Origin: an uncultured Veillonellaceae bacterium
GTDB lineage: Bacteria; Bacillota; Negativicutes; JARBTT01
Direction: 5' to 3'
Length of the DNA: 64,000 nucleotides
Assembly (NCBI GenBank): GCA_963805085.1
Contig: CAWDTA010000003.1
Coordinates: 224,001 to 288,000, forward strand
In this document: one piece after another, positions 10,601-22,600 of the stretch
Layout of the letters: the number at the start of each line of letters is the position of its first letter
Numbering within the stretch: position 1 is the first letter of the stretch
Notes under the pieces: generated by a model
Seen by the model: the letters and a program-made list of their open reading frames with translations, nothing else
What the model was told of the DNA's origin: nothing
Database searches by the model: none
Made by a program: the position numbers and the translations under genes

Positions 10601-13600
10601 GGGAAATTTCCGATGGCCAGGGATATCGATGAATTTTGGCAAAACTTACGCGATGGTAAAGATTGTATCACCGAAATTCCTAGAGAGCGTTGGGATTGGC
10701 AGGAGTATTATGGTGATCCTACCAAAGAAGCGAATAAAACTAACATCAAATGGGGTGGATTTATTGATGGAATAGATGAGTTTGACCCGCTATTCTTCGG
10801 GATTTCACCCCGGGAAGCACAACTGATGGATCCGCAGCAGCGTCTGTTGATGACCTATGTCTGGAAGGCCATTGAAGATGCCGGCTATGCGGCACAAAGC
10901 CTCTCAGGAACTCAAACAGGCATTTTTGTGGGTACAGCAAGCTTGGGTTACAGCAGTTTGGTTTCCAAGGCGAATGTATCCATTGAAGGCTATACTTCGA
11001 CCGGTACAGCGCCTTCAGTAGGACCGAACCGAATGAGCTATTTACTCAATATTCATGGGCCCAGTGAACCTATTGAAACTGCTTGTTCTAGTTCATTAAT
11101 CGCGATTTATCGGGCAGTGAGCGCTATAGAGAATGGTAGCTGTGAGATGGCGATTGCTGGTGGAGTCAATACGATAGTGACACCAGAGCTTTACATCAGT
11201 TTCAACAAAGCTGGTATGCTCTGTGAAGATGGACGGTGCAAAACCTTTTCGAATCAAGCCAATGGTTATGTGCGAGGCGAAGGGGTCGGGATGATTTTGC
11301 TGAAAAAGCTAAAAGATGCGGAAGCAGCTGGGGATCATATTTATGGAATTATCCGGAGTAGTGCTGAAAACCATGGAGGTCGCGCCAATTCGCTAACAGC
11401 ACCCAATCCGAAGGCTCAGGCGGACTTATTGCAAGCTGCCTACACCAAGGCAGGAATTGATCCGAGGACCATCAGTTATATTGAAGCCCATGGAACAGGG
11501 ACTGAACTAGGTGATCCAATTGAGATCAATGGGTTAAAAATGGCTTTTCAAGAACTGTACCAGGCCACAGGAAAGACTCAGATAGTAAGCAGGCATTGCG
11601 GGGTAGGGTCAGTGAAGAGTAATATTGGGCATTTGGAACTGGCTGCGGGTATCGCGGGGGTAATAAAAGTTCTATTGCAGCTCAAACATAAGACCCTAGT
11701 TAAAAGTCTGCACTCTGATACTATTAATCCATATATTGAGCTTAACAATAGTCCCTTTTATATAGTCCAGGAAACAAAGGAATGGAAAGCATTACAAGAT
11801 CTTCAAGGTCAAGATCTTCCTCGGCGGGCTGGAGTAAGTGCGTTTGGGTTCGGGGGGGCCAATGCCCATGTTGTGATCGAAGAATATATACCTAAAGAAC
11901 AGGTACAATCTCCAATTATGGTCACTGCCGGGGATCCGGCTATTATTGTACTGTCAGCCAAGAATAAAGAACGACTCCAAGAACAGGTGCAGCAATTATT
12001 GGCTGCAATCCAGACACAGCAGTTTCCGGATAGCGATTTGACTGACATGGCTTACACTCTCCAAGTAGGGCGCGAGGCCATGGAAGAGCGCCTGGGATTA
12101 ATTGTAGGATCCATCGAAGAACTTGAAGAGAAATTACAGGGGTTTGTGGAAGGTAAGGATGGTATTGAAGATCTATACCAGGGACAGGTCAAACAGAATA
12201 AAGATACTGTTGCCCTGTTTGCGGCAGATGAAGATTTACAAAATGCAGTTGAGTTTTGGGTAAGCAAGGAAAAATATGAGAAACTTCTAACTTTCTGGGT
12301 TAAGGGTCTCGTTTTCGATTGGAACAAACTTTATGGCGGCAACAAGCCTCAGCGTATCAGTCTGCCAACCTATCCTTTTGCCAGAGAACGTTATTGGGTC
12401 CCCGAGAAAGACACCGACTCTGCCAGCAGCAGCAATATGCGAGTGCTGGAACCAGGAACGCTAGTTCTACATCCTTGCTGGAAAGAAGAAGCCGTTGCCT
12501 ATAAAGCCACAGCCCCTGACTATGTTCAGCGTGTAGTGATGTTCTGTGAGCCAAATGACATTTCTCTGAGAGTTATCGAAACCAAAATAAACGGGGTACG
12601 TTGCCTAACACTGGCATCCAAGCACAAAGGCATCGAGAAACGATTCCAAGACTATTCCATTCAAGTGTTTGAAGAAATCCAAGGTATCCTTAAAGCCAAG
12701 CTTACGGGACAGGTGTTGGTTCAGATTATCGTTGCCAATCAGGAGGAACAGCAATTGTTTACTGGCCTGTCCGGATTTTTGCAAACAGCTCAATTGGAGA
12801 ATCCAAAACTAAGCGGACAACTGATTGAGATAGAACCGGATAAAGATGAGGAAGAAATCATAGATAAACTGCAGGAAAACAGTCGGAATGCCGTGGATAA
12901 TCGTGTTCGGTATCAGGATGGCAAACGATATGTGGGTGTCTTAAGTGAACTGGAAACTTCCCGTGAAGCAGTAAGGATTCCTTGGAAAGACCGGGGTATC
13001 TACCTGATTAGCGGCGGTGCCGGTGGCTTGGGATTCATTTTTGCCAAAGAAATTGTGCAAAAAGTCAAAGATGCTACGCTGATCCTTACGGGCAGATCAC
13101 CGCTTAATGAGGATAAGGAAACCAGACTAAAGGAATTGCAAGCCTTAGGTGCTCGGATCGAATACAGGCAAGTGGATGTGACCCAAGAAAGGGCGGTTGT
13201 TAGCTTAATCCAAAGCATTCAGGTGAACTTTGGTAGTCTCCATGGCATCATCCATAGTGCGGGCGTGATAAAAGACAACTTCATCATTAAAAAAAACAGG
13301 GAAGAATTGCAAGAAGTGCTGGCTCCTAAGGTCGCCGGTCTGGTGCATTTGGATCAGGCGAGCCGGGAGTTGCCGCTCGACTTTTTCATCCTCTTTTCCT
13401 CCATAGCAGGAAGACTAGGCAACCTAGGTCAGGCCGATTACGCGGCTGCCAATGCCTTTATGGATGCCTATGCCAAGTATCGCAATACTCTGGTGGCATC
13501 AAACCAACGTCACGGTCAAACCTTGTCAATCAACTGGCCCCTTTGGCAAGAGGGCGGCATGCGCATCGACGCAGAAATCCAAAAGACGATGCGGCAAAAC

Positions 13601-16600
13601 ACGGGTATGACTGCCATGCAAACCTCAACTGGCATCTGGGCCTTTTACCAAGCTGTAGCCTCCGGTAAGGAGCAAGTAATGGTGACAAAAGGCGATCTGT
13701 CACGCAGGCAAGCACACCTGTTAGAAACTTCCCCAAAAGTTCATGAATATACAGAGGAGGCATCTACTCTCCATGTGGAACCATGGTTGCTGAGAGAAAA
13801 AACATTACATCAGCTCAAAGTACTATTTGGGGAAACTGCTAAAATGAGTGTTGTCGGGATTGATCCCGAAGAACTCCTGGAAAGCTATGGGATAGATTCA
13901 ATTATGATTACCCAGCTTAATCAAAAACTTGACGGCGTCTTTGGAGAATTGTCAAAAACTTTATTCTATGAATACCAAACTTTGAACGCGTTGGCAGAAT
14001 ATTTTACGGCAGAATATCCACAGAAATGTCTGCAGTGGACCGGACTTGGAGAGCAGGTTCAGCCAATACAGGATAAGTCAACAATATCAATGTCCGTTGG
14101 TGAATTTCCTGTACTGACATCATTGAAAAAAGACAAAACGCTAACTCGTGACTTTATGGAGAGGAATCCCGATAATGGCATTTGCGAACCGATTGCCATC
14201 ATTGGCATGAGTGGGCGCTATCCAAAAGCAAAAACATTAAAAGAGTATTGGGATATTTTAAAAACAGGCCAAGATTGTATTAGCGAAATTCCTCAAGAGC
14301 GTTGGTCAATAGAAGGATTTTATCATTCGGATTTCCAAGAAGCTGTGGCACAAGGAAAAAGCTATAGCAAATGGGGTGGCTTTGTTGAAGAATTTGCCGA
14401 TTTTGATCCGCTATTCTTCAATATTTCCCCCTTAGAAGCGATCAATATGGATCCTCAAGAACGATTGTTCATTGAAGCTTGTTGGACGGTATTAGAGGAT
14501 GCAGGATACACCAAAGAGCAACTTGGAGAACAATATGATAGGCGAGTTGGTGTTTTTGCAGGGATTACCAAAACAGGTTTTGAGTTATATGGCCCCGATT
14601 TGTGGAAACAGGGCGAACAAGTTTATCCTTGTACTTCATTTGGATCGGTTGCGAATAGAATCTCCTATCTGCTTAATTTGCAAGGTCCAAGCATGCCGAT
14701 TGATACGATGTGTTCTTCCTCGTTAACAGCCATTCATGAAGCATGTGAACATCTTTACCGTGGAGAATGTGAAATGGCGATTGCGGGTGGAGTGAATTTG
14801 TATCTGCATCCTTCAAGCTATATCAGACTTTGTAATAATCATATGTTATCTGTGGATGGAAAATGCAAAAGCTTTGGTCAAGGAGGTAACGGATTTGTAC
14901 CTGGAGAAGGAGTGGGCACTGTTTTACTGAAACGGTTATCGCAGGCGATTGCAGATGGTGATCATATTTATGCTGTAATTCGAGGGACAAGTATTAACCA
15001 CGGCGGAAAAACGAATGGATATACAGTACCTAATCCAATAGCCCAAGGGGATCTCATTCGAGCGGCGTTGGATAAAGCTGGAATTGATGCTCGGGCCGTC
15101 AGTTATATAGAAGCACATGGAACAGGGACAGCACTTGGTGATCCAATTGAAGTTGCAGGATTAAGCCAAGCATTCCAAAAGGATACCCAAGACACAGGAT
15201 TTTGTGCAATTGGTTCCGCAAAATCAAATATTGGACATTTGGAAGCAGCAGCAGGGATTGCAGGAGTTGCCAAAATCGTGCTGCAAATGAAAAATCAAGA
15301 GATTGTTCCCAGCCTGCATGCCAAAGAATTGAATCCCAATATTAATTTTGGAAAAACTCCTTTTGTAGTTCAGAGGGAACTGGCAGAATGGAAACGACCG
15401 GTGGTTGAGATTAACGGAGAAAGCAAGGAATATCCAAGAATTGCTGGTATTTCATCTTTTGGTGCTGGCGGATCAAACGCGCACATCGTGCTGGAAGAAT
15501 ACATTCCTAAAAATCAGGAACGGTGTTTAACAGCAATCATTCTACAAAACCCAGCTATTATCGTGCTGTCGGCAAAGAATGAAGAACGGCTCCAAGTGCA
15601 GGTACAGCAATTGTTGTCCGCGATTCAGGAACAGAAATTTGCGGATAGTGAATTGACCGACATGGCCTACACGCTGCAAGTAGGACGTGAAGCCATGGAA
15701 GAACGTCTGGCCATGATCGTAGGATCGGTCAAAGAATTGGCAGAAAAACTGCAGGGCTTTGTAGAAGAACGTGATGGTATAGAGAATCTATACCGGGGAC
15801 AGGTTAAACGCAATAAAAAGGCGTTAGCTGTTTTTGCAGCGGATGAAGATATGGAAAAAACGATTGAGGCTTGGGTAACCAAAGGAAAATATGTAAAACT
15901 TCTGGATCTTTGGGTCAAGGGACTTGTTTTTGATTGGAACAAGCTTTATGGCGATATTAAACCTCAACGCATCAGTCTACCTACGTATCCTTTTGCAAGG
16001 GAACGTTATTGGTTACCTGAAATTCATGCCAAATCTGCTGGTAGCCCGGTAGTAAACTCAGCCGTATTTGCCAAAATACACCCACTATTGCATCAAAATA
16101 CATCCGACCTTTCCGAACAGCGATTTACATCCACCTTTACTGGTCAGGAGTTTTTCCTGGCGGATCATGTAGTGAAGGGGCAAAGGATCTTACCTGGGGT
16201 GGCCTATCTTGAAATGGCTCGGGCCGCAGTGGAACAGGCAACGGGAGCTTTAGAAGAAGATCAGACAGGGATACAGCTCAAAAATGTAGTATGGGTTCGA
16301 CCAATCGCAGTAGGGGAAAAGCCGTCTAAGGTACACATCGGACTTTTCCCTGAAGATAGCGGAGAGATTGCCTTTGAAATATATAGCGATTCAGAAGAGG
16401 CTGGCGCCGAGCCCGTAGTGCACAGCCAGGGCAATGCCAAGCTGATTTCTGTGCTAAAAGCACCGGTTTTGGATCTGCCGGACTTACAAGCTCAGTGCAG
16501 CCAAAGCAATCTATCATCCAGTCAATACTACGAGGCATTTAAGGTGATGGGGATCGACTATGGACCGGCACACCAAGGAATTGAAATGGTATATGTAGGA

Positions 16601-19600
16601 CAGGAACAGGTACTGGCTAAGCTGACTTTACCTGCGACTGTCTCCGATACGAAAGACCAATTCATTCTGCATCCAAGTCTGATGGATGCGGCTTTACAGG
16701 CATCTTTAATGATAAGTGCCAGTGACGTTAAACTAGCCCTGCCATTTGCATTGCAAGAACTTAAAATTTTCGAGAAATGCACTTCCAGCATGTGGGCGCT
16801 AGTTCGCTACAATGAAGGCAGCAAAGCTAAAGACAAGTTGAAGAAAATGGATATTGATCTATGTGACGAGCAAGGGCGTGTTTGTGTACGGATGAAAGGC
16901 CTTTCATCACGGGTGTTGGAAGGAGAAGTGGACTCAATAGCAGATACGGAAGCGATTGGAACGCTGATGCTTCAACCTAGTTGGCAAGAACAACCCGTTG
17001 ATTCGGAAGCAACAATGCCTGAGTATGACCGACATCTAGTGATGTTATGTGAACCACATGACATTTCTCAAGAAGACATCGAAAATCAAATAAATGGAGT
17101 ACGTTGCCTCAACATGCAAGCAGAACAGGAAGGCATAGAATCACGATTTAACAACTATGCCGTTCAAGCCTTTGAGCAAATTAAAAATATTCTTAAAGAA
17201 AAGCATATGGGCAAAGTGTTGGTTCAAATTATCGTTACCAATCAAGGAGAACAACAACTTTTCGCTGGACTTTCAGGACTATTGAAAACAGCCCAACTAG
17301 AAAATCCGAAACTCATAGGACAATTAATTGAAATGGAATCAGGGAAAAAGATAGAAGAAATCATAGAAAAACTGAAGGAGAACAGCAGAAGACCAATTGA
17401 CAATCATATTAGCTACCAGGAAAATAAACGCTACGTTGCCAGTTGGAACAAAGTGGATGTTTCCAAAGAAACAGTAAAGATCCCCTGGAAAGACCAAGGG
17501 GTCTATTTAATTACTGGCGGTGCTGGCGGACTGGGACTTATATTTGCCAAAGAGATTGCGCATAAAGTCAAAGATGCGACGCTGATCCTTACAGGTCGAA
17601 CTTCACTTAAAAAAGACAAGCAAGTTAAACTTAAGGAATTGGAAGAGTTGGGCGCCAAAATCGTATACAAGCAAGTAGATATGACGCAAAAAGAAGCGGT
17701 TGTTGATTTAATTGAAAGTATCAGGAAGGACTTTAAAAATCTTAACGGCATCATCCATAGTGCAGGAGTGATTAAAGACAACTTTATTCTTAAAAAGACT
17801 AAGGAAGAACTGCAAGCAGTTTTAGCTCCTAAAGTCACTGGTTTGGTGCATTTGGATCAGGCGAGCAAGGAGTTGACACTCGACTTTTTCATCCTCTTTT
17901 CCTCCATAGCAGGAAGACTAGGCAACCCAGGTCAGGCCGATTACGCGGCTGCCAATGCCTTTGTGGATGGCTATGCCAAGTATCGCAATACTTTGGTGGC
18001 ATCAAAACAATGCCACGGTCAAACCTTGTCGATCAACTGGCCGTTGTGGCAAGAGGGGGGGATGCACGTTGATGCGGAAACTGAAAAGATGATGAGGCAA
18101 AGTACAGGGATGATTGCCATGCAGACATCAACTGGTATCAGAACTTTGTATCAAAGCATAGCCTTTGGGAAAGATCAGGTGATGGTGATGGAAGGGGAAC
18201 TCAAACGGCTTCAGACAGCATTTTTGAAACGACAGACCGGAACAAAAATCCAAAAAACACCTTATACTATAGAAGAAAATAAGGCAGTAACGGGCATTGA
18301 ACAAGACTTGTTCAAGGAAAAAGCTGCAAATTACTTCAAAAATTTGCTGACTTCACTTATCAGGCTACCAGCGCACCGCATTGAAACAGATGCTCCTCTG
18401 GAACAATACGGGATCGATTCGATTATGGTCATGCAAATGACCAATCAATTAGAAAAAGTATTTGGTTCATTACCAAAAACATTATTTTTTGAATACCAAA
18501 ACATTAAAGAGTTAACCGGATATTTCTTGGAAAACTATCGTGATCAGCTAACAGAAATATTAGAAATTGATGATAAAGCAGTGGTGCATGTTAATGATTT
18601 ACAATGCTCTACAGTTGAGACAACGATGGGAAAACCGGTATCCAGCACTCGCCGCCGCCCGCGTTTTGTATCGCTTCGTATGGAAAACAGGGAAGAAAAA
18701 GAGGCCTTGGACATTGCCATCATTGGTGTATCCGGGCGCTATCCTCAGGCGGGTAGTATTCAGGAATTTTGGCATAATCTAAGGGACGGCAAGGATTGTA
18801 TTACCGAAATACCTAAAGAACGCTGGGACCACAGTTTGTACTTCGATGAAGATAAAAATACGCCTGGAAAAACCTACAGTAAGTGGGGGGGGTTTTTAAA
18901 CGGTGTGGATCAATTCGATCCGCTATTTTTCAATATTTCACCGCGCGAAGCACAAATTATGGATCCTCAGGAGCGTTTGTTTCTGGAGTGTGTCTATGAA
19001 ACCTTAGAGGACGCGGGATATACCCGAAAAGCCCTTGGCTTACATCAGGATTTTGGTCTGGGAGGTAATGTGGGGGTCTATGTAGGGGTGATGTACGAAG
19101 AGTACCAACTCTACGGTGTTCAGGAACAGATTCAGGGTAGGCCGTTTGCTGTCCCCGCAAACCCAGCGTCCATAGCCAACCGGGTGTCATATTTTTGCAA
19201 CTTCCATGGACCCAGTATGGCGGTGGACACCATGTGTTCTTCCTCGTTGACGGCAATCCATTTGGCCTGTCAGAGCTTGCAACGCGGCGGATGCGAGGTG
19301 GCGATTGCGGGCGGCGTCAATGTCTCTGTGCACCCAAACAAATATCTGCTGCTTAGTCAGGGAAAGTTTGCATCAAGCAAGGGGCAGTGTGAAAGCTTTG
19401 GGCAGGGAGGCGACGGCTATGTACCGGGAGAAGGCGTAGGAGCAGTGTTACTTAAAACTCTATCTAAAGCCGTTGCCGACGGAGACCACATTTATGGCAT
19501 TATCAAAGGGACCGCCATAAATCATGGGGGGAAAACCAATGGCTACACAGTTCCCAATCCTAATGCCCAAGCCAGTGTCATTGGACGATCATTTAAAAAT

Positions 19601-22600
19601 GCAGGGATTGATCCTAGGACGATCAGCTATATTGAGGCGCATGGCACCGGAACTTCCTTAGGGGATCCGATTGAAATCGCGGGTTTGACGAAAACTTTTC
19701 AGGAATATACCCAAGATAAACAGTTTTGCGCCATCGGATCGGTTAAGTCAAACATCGGGCATTGTGAGAGTGCGGCAGGCATTGCCGGGTTAACGAAAAT
19801 ATTATTGCAACTCAAATATCGCCAATTAGTACCTTCGTTGCATTCTGAGATACTGAACCCCAACATTGATTTTGCTAATACTCCTTTTGTGGTTCAGCAA
19901 GAACTTACGGAATGGAAACGGCCGGTGATAGAAAAAGGTGGAGAATCCAAAGAATATCCGCGAATTGCCGGCATCTCGGCGTTTGGGGCGGGAGGAGCAA
20001 ATGCCCACATAGTGATCGAAGAATATATATCCAAAGACCTAGCACGACCTCCAATTACGATTAACGCGGGGAAACAGGCAATTATTTTGTCGGCAAAGAA
20101 TGAAGAACAACTCCGCGAGCAGGTGCAGCAAATGTTGACCGCGATTGGAGAACAGCAATTCACAGATAGCGAGTTAGTCGACATGGCTTACACACTCCAG
20201 GTGGGCCGGGAAGCCATGGAAGAGCGGCTGGCGATATTCGTTGGATCCATCAAGGAGCTTGAAGAAAAGCTGAAAAGTTATGTCGATGGCCAGGTAAGTA
20301 TAGGAAATCTGTACCGGGGACAAGTGAAGCGCAATAAAGCAACTATGGATTTTTTTGCTATGGATGAAGACATGACAAAAATCATTGATACCTGGATTAT
20401 CAAAGGAAAGTATGAAAAAATTCTTGAGCTTTGGGTCAGGGGTCTCGTTATTGATTGGAACCGTCTGTATGTCGATAGCAAGCCTCGACGCATCAGCATG
20501 CCTACCTATCCTTTTGCCAAAGAACGTTATTGGTTATTTGATGGGCAAAATGAGGCGGGTAGTATAGCAAGTCAGGCCACTCTTTCCTCTAGGTCTGAAG
20601 ATACTTCTGTACGGCGGGTAATGTGTTATTTACAAAAACAATGGGAGCTTTGCTTCGCAACTTCAACTCCAATATTGAATCGGACTATTGCAATATTAAC
20701 AACGCAAGAAACTATGGAATTGGCGATACAGGTCGCTCAGCATTTCCCCAAGAGCCAAATATTAGATCTCCATGATCTTGAATCACAACTTCAGCAATCG
20801 GAAAAACACTGGAAAGAGTATGGTGGCTGTGTGGATTTGATTGGTTGTGGAAAGGAAAAAAACGAATTGCCGAATTGGATGGCATGGCTTCAACAAATGA
20901 TTGAGTATGGCCATCGAGAGGGGTTGATGATGCTCTGTGTGACAAAAGGACTGGAATCTTATCAGAATATTGCTGTCAATTTATCCGGGGCTTCTCGGGC
21001 AGGATTGTATCGAATGCTGCAAAGTGAATATGGGCATCTGCGTTCACGACATATGGATGCGGATCCGTCCACTGGTGAGCAGGTGTTGGCTCAGCAAATT
21101 GTTTCCGAGTTTTTTATGGAAAGTGAGGACTCAGAAATTTGCTATCGGGATGAAAAGCGTTATCGATCTTATCTGGGAGAAACTGAAAAAGGTGATGATA
21201 GTGGTGAGACTTTAGTATTTCCAGATGGACATGTGTTATGGATTACTGGTGGAACACGAGGTATAGGATACTTATGCGCTCAGCATTTTGTAACAAATCA
21301 CGGTGTCAGACGCTTGGTGCTTACGGGACGGGAGACAATACCGCCTCGGGAAGAATGGGATGCTTATAAGCATCAAAATACCTCCATCGCCAAAAAAATT
21401 CAGGCCATACGGTCCTTAGAAGCCAAGGGAGCAGAAGTTGAGGTGTTGTCTGTTTCATTAACGGATGAGCATGCTGTACAAAAGAGCCTGCAAGAGATTA
21501 AAAGTACTATGGGACCCATTGGAGGAATCATTCATTGTGCGGGAACCGATGATATGAAAAATCCCGCATTTATTCGGAAATCTGTCAGAGAAATTCTAAA
21601 GGTATTGGATCCCAAGATTGCTGGACTCGATATACTATATCAAAGCTTTGACAAGGAGCCTTTGCAGTTCTTTGTCTTGTTTTCATCGGTATCGGCGATT
21701 ATTCCCGCTTTAGCTGCAGGACAAAGTGATTATGCCATGGCCAACGCCTATATGGATTATGTTGCCGAAACGAAAATTCATGCCTATCCAATCGTCAGCA
21801 TTCAGTGGCCTAGTTGGAAAGAGACAGGCATGGGCGAAGTCAAAAGCAGAGTCTATCAACAAACTGGTTTGCTGAATCTTACGAATGAAGAAGGCTTACA
21901 GCTATTGGATCAGATTATATCTAGGAAGATAGGTCCCGTAGTGCTGCCGGCAATGGTCGATCCAGAGTTGTGGAAGCCTTATCAACTAATGCAACGCAGA
22001 AAACAAGAAAGTTTTGCAGCGAATATTCAGCCTCGTGACTCTATCGCTACGGAATCGTTAAAGGCCTCCGATGTCCTTTTGACGGTAACTCAAAGCTGGT
22101 TAATTGATTTGTTTTCTCAAGAATTAAAGATGGATCCATCAAAGTTGGAGATAGATACACCGTTTCAAGATTATGGTGTAGATTCAATCTTATTGACCCA
22201 AATATGGCGATCCATTAAAGAATTGCTGACAAACGAACTAGATCCCTCAATTCTATTTGAATATTCAACCATTGAGTCTCTGGCAGCATGGCTTGTGAGT
22301 AATCACGCTTCTTCTTTATCCAAAATCTTGAATACCATGAGTTCGGAACAATATGGCCCTCCGACTCATCAAGATTCATCGCCTCCCGCACCCTCAATCA
22401 CATCAGACTCTTCAAAGAGCCAGAAATTGCAAAGGGGATCTCGCATTTATAGGAATTCCAAGCCATTGGATATTGCAGTGATTGGACTTTCTTGCCGTTT
22501 TCCGGGAGCAAATACTTTAGAGGAGTACTGGCAGTTATTATTGGAAGGGCGCTCGGCGATTCGTTCCGTGCCCCGGGAGCGCTGGGGCTACTTAAGTAAT

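Noticed and set aside
22160-22215. ACP GVDSILLTQIW as a beta-branching acceptor
   Set aside because: The Trp is at +7 from the Ser, not the +6 of the GxDSxxxxxW signature, and the ACP belongs to a dehydrating bimodule.
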